A program made the translations under genes and the position numbers. A model generated the notes under the pieces. That model worked only from the letters and a program-made list of their open reading frames with translations. It ran no database searches and was not told the DNA's origin. Below, one piece after another: positions 48,804 to 60,737 of a stretch of 64,000 nucleotides of DNA (within the stretch, counting starts at the first letter, position 1; each line of letters opens with the position of its first letter). Where the stretch lies: the sequence record MK250028.1; one strand, given 5' to 3'.

Positions 48804-51800
48804 ATGGGAAAAATTTCTATTGACTTATCTACTATAAAATCAGCTGGTATTTATACTATAGAAATCGATAACTCACAGAGAGAAGTAACTAATCCTACTT
48901 CACTTCGTTTGTTACCTGGTTTTAATAACAAAGGTCCATTCAACCGTCCTGTATTCATGCAATATGAATCTGAACGTCAGAAGATCTTTGGTGATATTGA
49001 CAGTAAGCTTGAGTAGAAAGGTTGTTTCTTTAATAGAATGGCATAGACTATGCTTAAGGAAGGCCCTGTATTAGCTCTTAATTTATTGAAGGTTGATGAA
49101 TCAATTGATGGTCCTGATTAGGTAAACTATGCAACTATGTCATTAGACTCATGTAAACCTAATCCTAAAGTTGTTAATGCAGGAAAGACATATGGTGAAT
49201 ACGATTATTAGGCGGAAACTATTGATAATAAGTTATATGGTACAACACAAGGTGCAGTAATTCCTTATGTAGGTAAAACTCCATATGCAAGTTTGTTTGA
49301 CCGTGCTAGATTCTGGGTTCCTTCCAAGAATAATCTTCAAGGTGTTGCAGCTAATGGATTGTTAAGTAATGATCAAGGTTCATATGAACATACGAACTTA
49401 CTTAATTTTGCTAATACCGGTACAGATGAAATTTCAATTCTTGTTTATAAGCCTGAAAATATTACTGGTTATGATGTAACTGCTAAAGAATGGTGGGGTG
49501 GTGATGAGAACATCCCTTATGGATGGATTCGTCCATCAGATTATATTTCTGATTATTTTATTCGAGTTGTTGCTATTAAAGGTAACTGGACAAATTATCC
49601 TGTTCTTGCGAGTGATCCTATTTGGAGTAAATATTTTGACAAAACAGGTGTAATTAAATCAAAAGTTTCATCTTTATGTTCAGCAGAAGGCGTAACATTT
49701 ATTGGTTCTTGGACAGGTACTATTATTCCTGATTTTACTGATAAACAAGGTAATTACATGTATATTGAATCAAAGGTAAATGCTAATACAGAACGTACTG
49801 GCCTTTTGATGTCTGTTAATGAAGATGCTCTTCAAGTTATTTCATATGATAAGAATGGCGTTGATGTTGAGACAGGTAATGAAAACGGTACAGGTACATG
49901 GGTATTTGATTTCGATGGAAATAAACAAGCAGAATCAGAACTTGGAGAAAGTGAGATTAACGAGTCAGGGTATCTTGTTGATATGGTTGGACATAATCTT
50001 CAGACAGGTATTTATTCAGATAATTATTATTTGAATCTTGCACATCCGCAAAGCGATATGAGTGCTTCAGATATAGAAAATGCAGGTATAGTTGTACCTT
50101 CATATTATTTCCAAAAGACACAAGCATTTGATCCAGACATTAAAGACCCTACGTTTAATAGTCAGAAAGCATGGTGCTTATCATTTAATGGTAGAGAAAC
50201 TGCAAATTTAACAGATGATGTAGTACCATCAGCATTAGTTAGAGTTTTATATGCAAACAATGATAAACCAATGAAGGCATTTGCCATTTATAATACAAAA
50301 ACTAATTAGCCAGTTAAAGCAAAAAATAGCAGATATGGAGCGAACTTTTATATTATATTAGACGAAAATAGTATAAATATGTTTAAAACATCCACTGGTG
50401 ATACATTAACAAATTTAATAAAAGACAAGTTTGTTTATGCGCAACCAAATTTAAATGTTTCATATAATATAAAAGATAAAGTTTATAAGTTAGATTCAAC
50501 AGGAAAGAAATTTACAACAAATCAAGCTATTGTTTCTGATGTTATATCAACAGATGATAAATCATTATTTATTAAGGAAGTACCAGTCGTAAAAGATACA
50601 AATGATATTTACGTATATGAAGATAAAACTTTGTATTATGGTACATATGCAATTCCTTCTGTTGAAAATGAATCAGTACAATTATTTGCTGTAATTGGCG
50701 GTAATAAAGCTAATGCTTATGCAGTTATCAGAGATATTGATACAATAACAACAAGTACACAAGGAAATAAATTAGAAAAAGTTTCAATTACTAATTTTAA
50801 AGATCATAAAACAGATTCATTTACAAATGCAACAGCAGGAGGATATACTTTCAGTTATGGTGGTAATGATTACTTCATTAGAGGTTTGGAGCAAGTGGAT
50901 ACATTATTCAATAATAAGAATCTCATGTATAAACTTGTTAAATCTGATACTCCTACATATTTCGGTGTAAACTTCTTATCATATAATTATATAACAGAAC
51001 ATATTAATGAAGTTGTTTCTAATGTATATCATGCATGTTATTTCAATGGTTATACAAATAATTCTGAAACTTCTGAAAAAATTAATTTGGTTTATAATGA
51101 TTTATATGATAATGATGCAGTTCCTGTAACAGATACTAATTTAAATTCATTTATCATTACGGATGATAATGAAGCAAGTAATATTTCAGTTGGTGATTAC
51201 GTTAATAACATTTCATTCTATAATAATCAAGGTGAAGCAGAAAAATATAATTTGATTCCAGGTATTACAAGAGTTATTACAAAAGTATTTATTAACGTTG
51301 ATGCTCGAAATGAATTTAATTATAAAGGTACTAAATATCATATTAATGTTAGTAAAACTAGTGACGGTAATTTAATTGAAACAAAATCTGGTAAACGCGG
51401 TTTCTATTTGTTCACTACATTAGACCCTGTTTATATTAGTAAGACTAATTATGTTATTCGCTAGAAAGCTATTACAAATGATGTGATTTCACATAACTTA
51501 AAGTTTATTCCACTTAAAGGTTTACATATTTCTGCTAAGCACCGTCCAGGTTTTGATGAATATGGTAAACTTGATATTGAAGGAGGTATTGAGAAGATTT
51601 ATTCAATGCTCGAGGACGACGGAATTCACAGAGGACTTTGTAATCCTAATATGGTTGATTATCGTTATATCGTTGATTCAATGTCATATGGTTTATCAAA
51701 TGAAATGGGTGGTAAGAAATACCTTGCAATTCTCGCTAAAGATCGTATGAAGACAACCGCATTGCTTAATCTTCCATCTAAGAGACAGTTTGAACTTTCT

Positions 51801-52565
51801 ATAGATCCATGTTTCTGCGATACTTATGATTAGGGTGTTTATACAAAACCTTCATTCGATACTAAGTATATTCCTCAAGGTGGTAATACTGATATGTATT
51901 CAACTACAATGTTTACACTTCCTACAGAAGATGATGGTTCTAAGTTCGCAGCAGCTTTCTGGCCTCACTTAGTATATAATGTAAACGGTAGAAAGATTAA
52001 TGTTCCACCTGCAGCTGATGTATGTAACGTGCTTATCCGTAAGTTCAACGGAGGTGATCCGTATGTAATTGCAGCTAATAGAAACGGTATCATTAGAAAT
52101 TCTGATGTTTCTGGTATTGAGTTTAATGCAGATACTACAGATAGAAATTATCTTGAACCATTCGGAGTTAATACAATTATTCAGGAAGGTAATAATATAC
52201 TTATCTACGGTAATCAAACATGTTATCAAACAACAAAGAGTGATTTCAATAAGTTACATGTTCGCGAGAACCTTAATACTCTTGAAATTGCATGTGAGGA
52301 TGTTCTTAAGCAATATAACTTCTTGTATAACACTCCAGCAGTTCGTGCTTCAGTTGTTACTGCGCTTACTCCAATTCTCGAAACTATGAAATTGTCTAAT
52401 GCGATTGAAAGTTATGAAATCGTATGTGATGAGTCAAACAACACACCGGACATCATAGCAGAAGATTTTGGAATAGTGGACATAAGTGTTATAATGTCAC
52501 ATGGAATGGAACGCATTGTCCAAAGAATTACGTTGAATCGTAGAGATACATTACAAAATTCATAA
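48804..52565 (+). CDS. Contractile tail sheath protein, gp18-like (1253 aa)
   Basis: Five track ORFs in one frame joined through TAG. N-terminal SAGIYTIEID..GFNNKGPFNRP; C-terminal FWP..VPPA..GVN.I..YGNQT..LHVRE..CDESNNT. Confidence 0.92.
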
Positions 52566-52677
52566 TATATTTAAATAGGTTAGAATTATATATTCTAACC
52601 TATTTTTTATTTTTAATCTTTTTATATAACTTTTTCCATAATTTATTATATAATATATAAATATTAAAATTTTGTCA

Positions 52678-54495
52678 ATGAATGATAATTTAATAATACA
52701 GCGATTTATAACAAGTAAAGATAAAATTAATCCTCATTATAAACAAATTATAAATAGTAATCAAGAAATAAAAAATTATTTAGATAATCGTTATACTGAT
52801 GGTAATGATGATTATTGCGAAACATTATATAGAATTCAACATCATATAGAAACACATTCAGTATGTCCAAATTGTGGGAAATATGTTAGATATATAAATG
52901 GAACGGGCTATAGAGAATCATGTTCAGTAAGTTGTAGTAAAAAATATATAAAAGAAAAAAGTAATAATATTATTACAGATGATATAATTAAAAATGATTA
53001 TTTAGAGAATAATAAGATAAACACAAATAAATTACAAATTAAATATATTAAAGAACATGGATATGAGAATTATTTATTAAATAGATATAAAGATACTAAA
53101 AATTTTGGGGAAGTAATTTATAGAATATGTAATAATATATTTGAAATACCCAAGTGTAAAGTATGTAATAAACAAGTAAAATTTTTAAGTTTAATAAATG
53201 GTTATGATGATGTATGTTCAGATAGATGTAAAAATATTTCATTATTACCAGAAATAACTGATGATTATATAAAATCATTAGATAAGAAAGGCGGTTTATT
53301 TAAAGGTATATGGTATGGTCATGATAAAATTGAGGAATATTTAAAAAATAAGTTTAAAGAAGAATATAGGTCATATGATGAAGCAATTTATATGGTATTA
53401 GAAAATTTAAAACATATTCCAAGATGCCCAGTTTGTGGGAAACTTTTAATGTTTAAAAAAGATAGATCTCAGTTTAGTAGTAGATTTATGAAATATTGTT
53501 CACATGAATGTCAATCAATAGGTAAACGTTTAAAAACAATTAATAAGATAAAAAAATTAACAGGGTTTAATATTGAGTTAATTAATAACAATCAATATAA
53601 ATTTATTAATGTATGTGATATTCATAAAGAATTCATTTTAACACATGATCAATTTCATAATAGGTGTTCAACGACAAGATATATGTATGGAGTATTATGT
53701 CCAATTTGTAATCCTGAAAGAAATCCACAAACTTCTATTGAAACTATTATGAAAGATATATTAGATAATTTAAAAATAAATTATATTCAACATGATAGAA
53801 AAATAATAGCTCCAAAAGAATTGGATTTTTATTTACCTGATTATAAAATAGGAATAGAATGTAATGGCACATATTGGCACAGTACAGATAAAAAAGATAA
53901 AGATTATCATATAAACAAATATAATTTATGTAAAGATAAAGATATACAATTATTATCGTTTTGGGAATATGATATTAAACATAATGAAAGTTTTATTACT
54001 AATATTCTAAAGATATATACAGATAAAATAGATAATTATATTATATTAAATAATAATTATGAAATTAAGTCTATTGATAATAAAACATATAAGAATTTTT
54101 TAAAAACTTATGATTTGGATAGAAATAATAAAAGAGTTTCTGAAAAGTATGGATTATTTGTAAATGATAAATTAATATATGTTATAGGATTTAATTATAA
54201 TAAAACAAATATGCATATTATTAAAATATGTTCAAGGTATAATTATTATATAAATGATATTATATATTATTTTATAAAGTTTTTAAAATATGATAATAAA
54301 ATAATTATAGATGTTAATAATGATATTGGTGATATTTATAATATAAAGAAATATAGTAATTATTTAAAAACTGTTGATAATTATACAGAATTTAAAGTTA
54401 AGAAAGATGATACAGTATTAGCAAAAAAGAATGATAAATTTATAGTAAAATGTTATGGTAGTGGAATAATACAATATGAATTTAATAAATGCTAA
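52678..54495 (+). CDS. Putative free-standing homing endonuclease (zinc-ribbon repeats + Vsr/DUF559-like PD-(D/E)XK domain)
   Basis: Three C..C..CS..C repeats; ELDFYLPDYKIGIECNGTYWHS. Confidence 0.75.
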   Translation: MNDNLIIQRFITSKDKINPHYKQIINSNQEIKNYLDNRYTDGNDDYCETLYRIQHHIETHSVCPNCGKYVRYINGTGYRESCSVSCSKKYIKEKSNNIITDDIIKNDYLENNKINTNKLQIKYIKEHGYENYLLNRYKDTKNFGEVIYRICNNIFEIPKCKVCNKQVKFLSLINGYDDVCSDRCKNISLLPEITDDYIKSLDKKGGLFKGIWYGHDKIEEYLKNKFKEEYRSYDEAIYMVLENLKHIPRCPVCGKLLMFKKDRSQFSSRFMKYCSHECQSIGKRLKTINKIKKLTGFNIELINNNQYKFINVCDIHKEFILTHDQFHNRCSTTRYMYGVLCPICNPERNPQTSIETIMKDILDNLKINYIQHDRKIIAPKELDFYLPDYKIGIECNGTYWHSTDKKDKDYHINKYNLCKDKDIQLLSFWEYDIKHNESFITNILKIYTDKIDNYIILNNNYEIKSIDNKTYKNFLKTYDLDRNNKRVSEKYGLFVNDKLIYVIGFNYNKTNMHIIKICSRYNYYINDIIYYFIKFLKYDNKIIIDVNNDIGDIYNIKKYSNYLKTVDNYTEFKVKKDDTVLAKKNDKFIVKCYGSGIIQYEFNKC

Positions 54496-54547
54496 TTTAT
54501 GAACTATTGTATATTTTTATTATATAGTAATATAGAGTTATTAAATA

Positions 54548-55024
54548 ATGAAGGTTATGAAGACAAATATTAATATAAAGAATAAGAAAGCATATTTTGA
54601 TTATACTTTTATAGAGACATTTATAGCAGGTATTATATTAACAGGAACAGAGATTAAATCTATAAGGCAAGGTAAAGCATCTCTTGTAGATACATTCTGT
54701 TATGTTAAAGATAATAGGGAAGTATGGATGACAAATTCTTATATAGCACCATATGAAAATAGTGGATATATTAAACATGAAGAAAGACGTCAGAGAAAAC
54801 TTCTTCTGAATAAGAATGAGATTAAAAGATTATATAGGGAAACAAGAATTCCGGGTATTACAATTGTTCCTGTGAGAATGTTTATAAATGAAAGAGGATT
54901 ATGTAAAGTAGAGATTGCTTTATGTAAAGGTAAAAAAGAATATGATAAGAGAGATTCTATTAAGGAAAAAGATAATAAGAGAAATCTTGATAGAGTTATG
55001 AAGAATTATACATATGTTAATTAA
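54548..55024 (+). CDS. smpB: SsrA-binding protein SmpB
   Basis: [50 protein letters not shown]. Confidence 0.95.
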   Translation: MKVMKTNINIKNKKAYFDYTFIETFIAGIILTGTEIKSIRQGKASLVDTFCYVKDNREVWMTNSYIAPYENSGYIKHEERRQRKLLLNKNEIKRLYRETRIPGITIVPVRMFINERGLCKVEIALCKGKKEYDKRDSIKEKDNKRNLDRVMKNYTYVN

Positions 55025-55094
55025 ATTATAGAATATCATATTGTAATATTAGTTAATTGATAAATATATTAAAGTATATTTTTCTAATCTAATC

Positions 55095-56000
55095 ATGAAA
55101 TATATAAAATTATGTGGTACTAAAAAAGCATTAGACGAAACAATATGTTCAATTAAACATGGAGATGGCGCTTATGTATTTAATGTAAAGAATACATCAG
55201 ATAATTTAACATTTTATAATGAAATACATCCAGGACCAAACTGTATACATGTTGAAAATATAAATATGAAGCCATTAAAGATTGATTCATCATCAATTAA
55301 ATAGAATTTTGAAATTGGAGATGTTTTATATTCAACACTTGATGGTAAATTAACATTAGATGAAACAACAGATGATAAGAAAAATATAGCTATTGCTATT
55401 TGTGTAATTCCTTCTGTTTTGGAAAATTTTGAAAAAGGTGATCAATCAGATGACGCTGTTGAAACTGCACGATTTATTGCTCTTGAATATATGACATATG
55501 ATATAGAGCATCTTGAGTTAACAAGAGATACTGATTAGGAAAATCGAAAAATAATGTTTGGTAATTATAGTGTAACAATAGGAAATAGATATGGAGATAA
55601 AACTTCATGTGTTGGTGGTAAAATAAATACATAGAAATGTTTAGATAAGTCATATAATTAGGATTCACGTTTATGTAATGGAATTACTAATAATCCTGGT
55701 GCTGGATATTGTCCAGCAGCATGTTCTTGTGTTGCATATTCAACAATAGGTACAAAACCAGGAGATTGGTATTTACCTTCACCTGGTGAAATGACAGCGT
55801 TTATTAATAATAAAACACTTATAAATAATAAGAAGAAATAGTTAAACGGAACTACATTTGGTAATTATTATTATTGGACTTGCTTAGAGTATAATAATAA
55901 TTATAATTATTGTGTACATTTTAGTGATCCAACGCCACGCTGGAATGGTGCGAAAAATGTAACTGCACATGTTATTTCTTTTTTATCAGTTTCATTATAA
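55095..56000 (+). CDS. DUF1566/Lcl (C-type-lectin-fold)-like protein (301 aa)
   Basis: GDWYLPSPGEM and YYWTCLEY...VHF...K...HV C-terminus; TAG read-through to TAA 55998. Confidence 0.6.
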
Positions 56001-56078
56001 TATAATTTTATGTAATATATTAAAACTAAAATCTAATTTTACAGTATAAATTATTGTAAAATTAGATTTTTTATTTTT

Positions 56079-56969
56079 ATGGAAAAGTATAATGTATTCC
56101 TTGGAGGAACATGTGCGGAATCTACATGGAGAGATTAGTTAATGCCTATGTTGGATTAGTATAATATAACATATTTTAACCCTGTAGTTGATGATTGGAC
56201 AGAAGAATGTCAGGTAATCGAGAATTGGCATAAAGAGAACGATGATTATAATTTGTTTGTAATTACGAAAGAAATGCAAGGTTGTTTCTCTATTGCAGAA
56301 GTTGTTGATTTATCTAATAAGAAACCCGCATAGACTTTATTCTGCGTCTTATATGATGGAATGGAAAAGTTTATGGTTAAATCATGTAAAGCTACATCTG
56401 ATCTTGTTAAAAAGAATGGAGGAATTATATTAGATACATTGGAAGATATTGCAGATTATCTTAATGGAAAGATTAACCAAACAACAGATAATGATATGTT
56501 TGAATATACTAATATACAAGAGATTAAACCAGATTCCGAAGTTCAAGATATTAATGATGAATTTAATGATGTTCCAAAGATATTTCTTGCAGGAACAATA
56601 GATATGGGAAATTCGGTAGATTGGTAGAATTATCTTTGTAAATTCCTTGATGAACATAATAAGAGATGCGTGATATTTAATCCTCGAAGAAATGTTTGGC
56701 CTGATTATAAATCAGATGAATTCGAATATCAAGTTAATTGGGAATTAAATCATCTTGAAGAATCTGATATTATATTGATGAATATTTTAGGAACAAGTAA
56801 ATCTCCTATTACATTATTGGAGATGGGATTGTTTATGAAATCAGGGAAGTTGGTAGTTATATGTGAAAAAGATTTTTATAGATATGGTAATGTTGAAATA
56901 ACATGTCATAAATATAATGTTCCGTTATATAATAATTTAGAGGAATATCTAAATAATAATATAAATTAA
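56079..56969 (+). CDS. Tandem nucleoside 2-deoxyribosyltransferase-like domains (296 aa)
   Basis: VFLGGTC..WR..FNPVV.DW and IFLAGTID..W..FNPRR..WE..SPITLLEMGL, in one frame through TAG. Confidence 0.78.
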
Positions 56970-56971
56970 TT

Positions 56972-57997
56972 ATGAAAAAACTTAATATTAAGAAGATATT
57001 AAAGAATACATGGTTATGTATTAAATATCCATTTTTGTATCCAAGAAATAGATTTACAGATGAACATTATAATAATAGAAAAATATCAAATAAAATTTGG
57101 GATTTAAGAAATAATGGTATTAAAACAATATCAATAAAAGTATTAAAAGAAGATGATTTTAATAACGAATTAAAATCATTATTAGTAAAAAAAGATAATG
57201 TTGATAGGAAAACTACAATATCTTTTGATTATAAAGGTTCCAATATAACATTAAGGCATCATAATATTCCAAATTGTTCTATAGAGTTAACAGTAATTCG
57301 TGATGGTAAAGAAATATATAATACTATATATAAGTTAGATGAATATCATATTATATATAATGCATTATTTTATATAACAACAAGGAAAACATTATCAGGA
57401 GATATTATAAATCCTGTTATATATGTTTCGGTTAAATCAATAGATGATGCTAAAGATAATTTATTTAAATATGTAACAGTTAATATAATTAAATATGCAA
57501 ATATTAAATTATATCTATATAAGAAATTAAATTCATTTTTAGGATTATTTCATATATTACCATCTTATACAGAATTAGATTCATTAGATAAAGGATGGAG
57601 AATAAGATTTGGTGAAGATATATGTAGAGACATAAGGAATAGTTTATTGCATACATATACTAAAGAAATTAAAAATAAAATTTTTATTTCTTATATAATA
57701 GCATATGTAAAAGGAATACGTATGTTATTGAATTACAGGATTGAACAGATTAAAGAGAAATACGGAAGTCTCCGTTGGTATTCTATGGGAGATACAGAAG
57801 AAATACATAATATTATAAACAAATATGAAACTATTTCTTATAATACATGTATAGTATGCGGTAAACCTGCAAAATATATAACTAAAGGATGGATTTGTCC
57901 TTATTGTGAAGAACATGTTCCAGATAAAGATAGAGCAAGTTTAATAAAAAAAGGTGAAACTCCATATGAAACTATTAATAATGAAAATCCTTTTTAA
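56972..57997 (+). CDS. Hypothetical phage protein with C-terminal zinc ribbon
   Basis: EQIKEKYGSLRWY..TCIVCG..GWICPYC. Confidence 0.75.
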   Translation: MKKLNIKKILKNTWLCIKYPFLYPRNRFTDEHYNNRKISNKIWDLRNNGIKTISIKVLKEDDFNNELKSLLVKKDNVDRKTTISFDYKGSNITLRHHNIPNCSIELTVIRDGKEIYNTIYKLDEYHIIYNALFYITTRKTLSGDIINPVIYVSVKSIDDAKDNLFKYVTVNIIKYANIKLYLYKKLNSFLGLFHILPSYTELDSLDKGWRIRFGEDICRDIRNSLLHTYTKEIKNKIFISYIIAYVKGIRMLLNYRIEQIKEKYGSLRWYSMGDTEEIHNIINKYETISYNTCIVCGKPAKYITKGWICPYCEEHVPDKDRASLIKKGETPYETINNENPF

Positions 57998-57999
57998 TT

Positions 58000-58557
58000 A
58001 TGAGTAATAAGATTTTAAAATTACCGGGAAATGTATATTATGAAGTTGTTTCAAATAATGAGAAAAACTGTGATAATTGTTCATTTGCTGGAAATTGTGG
58101 AAATTGTTGGTTAACATGTAACGGTTATCAGTGTGATATAGATAATAAGAAATTTATATATCGACGATTACCAGATTTATTTAGTGGTTATCAAAATGAT
58201 GATAATTATAAACAGATATTAGATATTGTAGAAAATACAAAGGTAAATGATTTTCTATCAGAACAAGAACAAGATATGATTAAGTTGGTTATTAATACAT
58301 ATCTTAAACATGATGAACATTATCTCGTGAAAGATGGTAGAATTCTCTATAACAAGACTTTTGCATTGAGACTATATAATTTCTTATCTGATATAAAATC
58401 GGATGATAAAGAAGAAATAAACAAGCTTAATGGAAGTGTTTCATTTGCTAAGGGATTATTGAATTTACAATTGAAAACTTGTACAGATGAAAAAGAGTTT
58501 GATTATTTCAGGAATGTAGGACTGTGTGATGAGAATAATAATGTTAAATTAGTTTAA
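58000..58557 (+). CDS. Hypothetical protein
   Basis: Intact ORF with Cys-rich N-terminus. Confidence 0.75.
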   Translation: MSNKILKLPGNVYYEVVSNNEKNCDNCSFAGNCGNCWLTCNGYQCDIDNKKFIYRRLPDLFSGYQNDDNYKQILDIVENTKVNDFLSEQEQDMIKLVINTYLKHDEHYLVKDGRILYNKTFALRLYNFLSDIKSDDKEEINKLNGSVSFAKGLLNLQLKTCTDEKEFDYFRNVGLCDENNNVKLV

Positions 58558-58865
58558 TATATTATGGAAGAAATAATGGATGCATTACGGATAAAGGATA
58601 ATAAATCCGTAAAGGTAAAAAGAATGTCGAAGATTCAATGGATTGATATTGAAACAAATGAAACTTATTTGCTTCATATAGATATTGAACTTTTATACTG
58701 AAAAATATTTTAAAAATTTATTGATAAAAATCAAACTTTTGAATATTTTATCAATAAATATTATAATCAATAACGTAATTTAAAATTTATTTTAACTATC
58801 TGGTCCTGTCTGTTTGTGAAAATCGTCAGGACTTCTTTTTATTTAACATAACTAATTAATATTTT

Positions 58866-59159
58866 ATGCAAACATTAAAAATTAAATATAAATCTGAATA
58901 TTCAGAATTAATAAAGAAATATATACGTTAGTATAATTCTGTATATAGGGTTACGTATAATAAATTAAATAAATCAGAAAAAGTCACATATAAAATATTA
59001 TCAAAACTGAATAATATAGAATTATTAGATAGTTGGTTTATATTATCTGCATTAACTGATGCAAAAATATTAATGTCTATTAAAGGTAAAGGTAATCGTA
59101 AATTTAAATTAAGCTATAATTTGACATCAGTTATTTTAAAGTTAAAAGATAAAAAATAA
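58866..59159 (+). pseudogene. Truncated TnpB-like (IS200/IS605/IS607 OrfB) N-terminal remnant
   Basis: MQTLKIKYK..RQYNSVYRVTYN..LNNIELLDSWFI..KGKGNRKFKL; stops after 97 aa with no RuvC motifs. The family assignment is from memory. Confidence 0.5.
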
Positions 59160-59195
59160 ATTTTAAATTGATTTTTTAATTCCAAAAATTATGTG

Positions 59196-59203
59196 TATCT
59201 TTG
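59196..59203 (+). promoter_or_regulatory. Bacteroidota sigma-A -7 element
   Basis: ATTATGTG-TATCTTTG-TATTGTTAATAAAAT upstream of 59254. Confidence 0.7.
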
Positions 59204-59253
59204 TATTGTTAATAAAATAAGATAATAAACAATTAAAAATAATATAAAGAATT

Positions 59254-59820
59254 ATGACACAGAAATCATCAATAGAAAGACAGCATGAATTTGATATTGC
59301 ATATATGAACATGGCTCTCGCTATGAGTAAGCTTTCATATGCAATTAAGAAACAAGTAGGTTGTATTATCGTATCTAAGGATGATCAGGTAATTTCCCAA
59401 GGATTTAATGGTATGCCTATTGGAATGCCTAATATCTGTGAGGAAATCTATAATATCAATACAGGTGAACATACAACACTTGAAACTCCTGAATCATATC
59501 ATGATAAGAAGAAGCAAGAGGAAATTCTTGTACAATATCGTAATATCAATAAAGGTATGATGCCAGGCTTTCGACTTATTACAAAGGATATTACCTTGCA
59601 TGCTGAAAGCAATGCAGTAACGAAACTTGCTAAGTATAATTCATCAGCAAAAGGTGGAACCGTATATGTAACACTTTCTCCTTGTATTCATTGTGCTAAA
59701 CTTTTGGTACAATCAGAGGTATCTCGTGTTGTTTATCTTAATAATTATAAGAGTGATGCAGGTATTAAACTTTTGGAAGAATGTGGCATTGTAGTAGAGA
59801 AACTTAATATTGATGAGTAA
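59254..59820 (+). CDS. dCMP deaminase
   Basis: KQVGCIIV..GFNG..HAESNA..TLSPCIHC. Confidence 0.92.
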   Translation: MTQKSSIERQHEFDIAYMNMALAMSKLSYAIKKQVGCIIVSKDDQVISQGFNGMPIGMPNICEEIYNINTGEHTTLETPESYHDKKKQEEILVQYRNINKGMMPGFRLITKDITLHAESNAVTKLAKYNSSAKGGTVYVTLSPCIHCAKLLVQSEVSRVVYLNNYKSDAGIKLLEECGIVVEKLNIDE

Positions 59821-60737
59821 TGAATATAGATAAATTAAAAAAAGATATATCAATATCTATTAAAGATACATTAAAAAAATATAATTTTAATGATTCCAAA
59901 ATTAATGATATTTTGGAATCATTAAATTCATATATGGATGAAGGAATAGAGTTTGATGATGAAACACATATTGTTTCATTCAATCCAAATCATCAAGAAT
60001 ATGTAGATACAAATGATCCTTGGAACCCGAAACCTATATATAATGAAGTAGAAGGTTATAAGGTAATTTCGATATTTAAACGTAAAGAAACAGAAGATAG
60101 ATATGATGGTAATCCATTAATTTATGCATTAAAAGGTTTGCATGGATGGAAATTTTCAAATCCATCATATGATATATTTACTTTATTACGTAGATTCGTT
60201 GCAGTTACAAAAGAATTAAAAGAAAAGTTTGATGTAATTATTACTATACCTTCTTCAAATAAATTAAATACAGAAGTATTATATAGAGTTAAAAAACTTA
60301 TTACGTGCGAACATACATATACTGATTTTTTCCAGAAGCTTGATGCAAATGACGTATATGAAGGTTTTTTAAATACTGATTGGTTTGATACTCATTGTAA
60401 AAATAAAGAAGAGGAAGAAAAAATACATAAGTTAATATCAAGATCAATACGGCATATGAATTTACCAAAAAATAAAAATGGCAATGATGGAATATTTTCA
60501 TATAAATTTTTAGGTAAACCATTAAGGAATGCAATTATTCAATCTATGTATATTAATGATATATATAAAGATGAAATTACATATGGAAAATATCTTAATG
60601 ATAAGAAGATATTGGTTATAGATGATACAGTTACATCAGGTAAAACTATATCAGATTCTGCTGATGCTATATTGGAAACTTATGCACCAAAATCAATAAC
60701 ATTTTTAACTTTATTTTCTCCATTAACAAAAAATTAA
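59820..60737 (+). CDS. Phosphoribosyltransferase-fold protein
   Basis: C-terminal PRPP-binding loop ILVIDDTVTSGKT. Confidence 0.7.
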   Translation: MNIDKLKKDISISIKDTLKKYNFNDSKINDILESLNSYMDEGIEFDDETHIVSFNPNHQEYVDTNDPWNPKPIYNEVEGYKVISIFKRKETEDRYDGNPLIYALKGLHGWKFSNPSYDIFTLLRRFVAVTKELKEKFDVIITIPSSNKLNTEVLYRVKKLITCEHTYTDFFQKLDANDVYEGFLNTDWFDTHCKNKEEEEKIHKLISRSIRHMNLPKNKNGNDGIFSYKFLGKPLRNAIIQSMYINDIYKDEITYGKYLNDKKILVIDDTVTSGKTISDSADAILETYAPKSITFLTLFSPLTKN

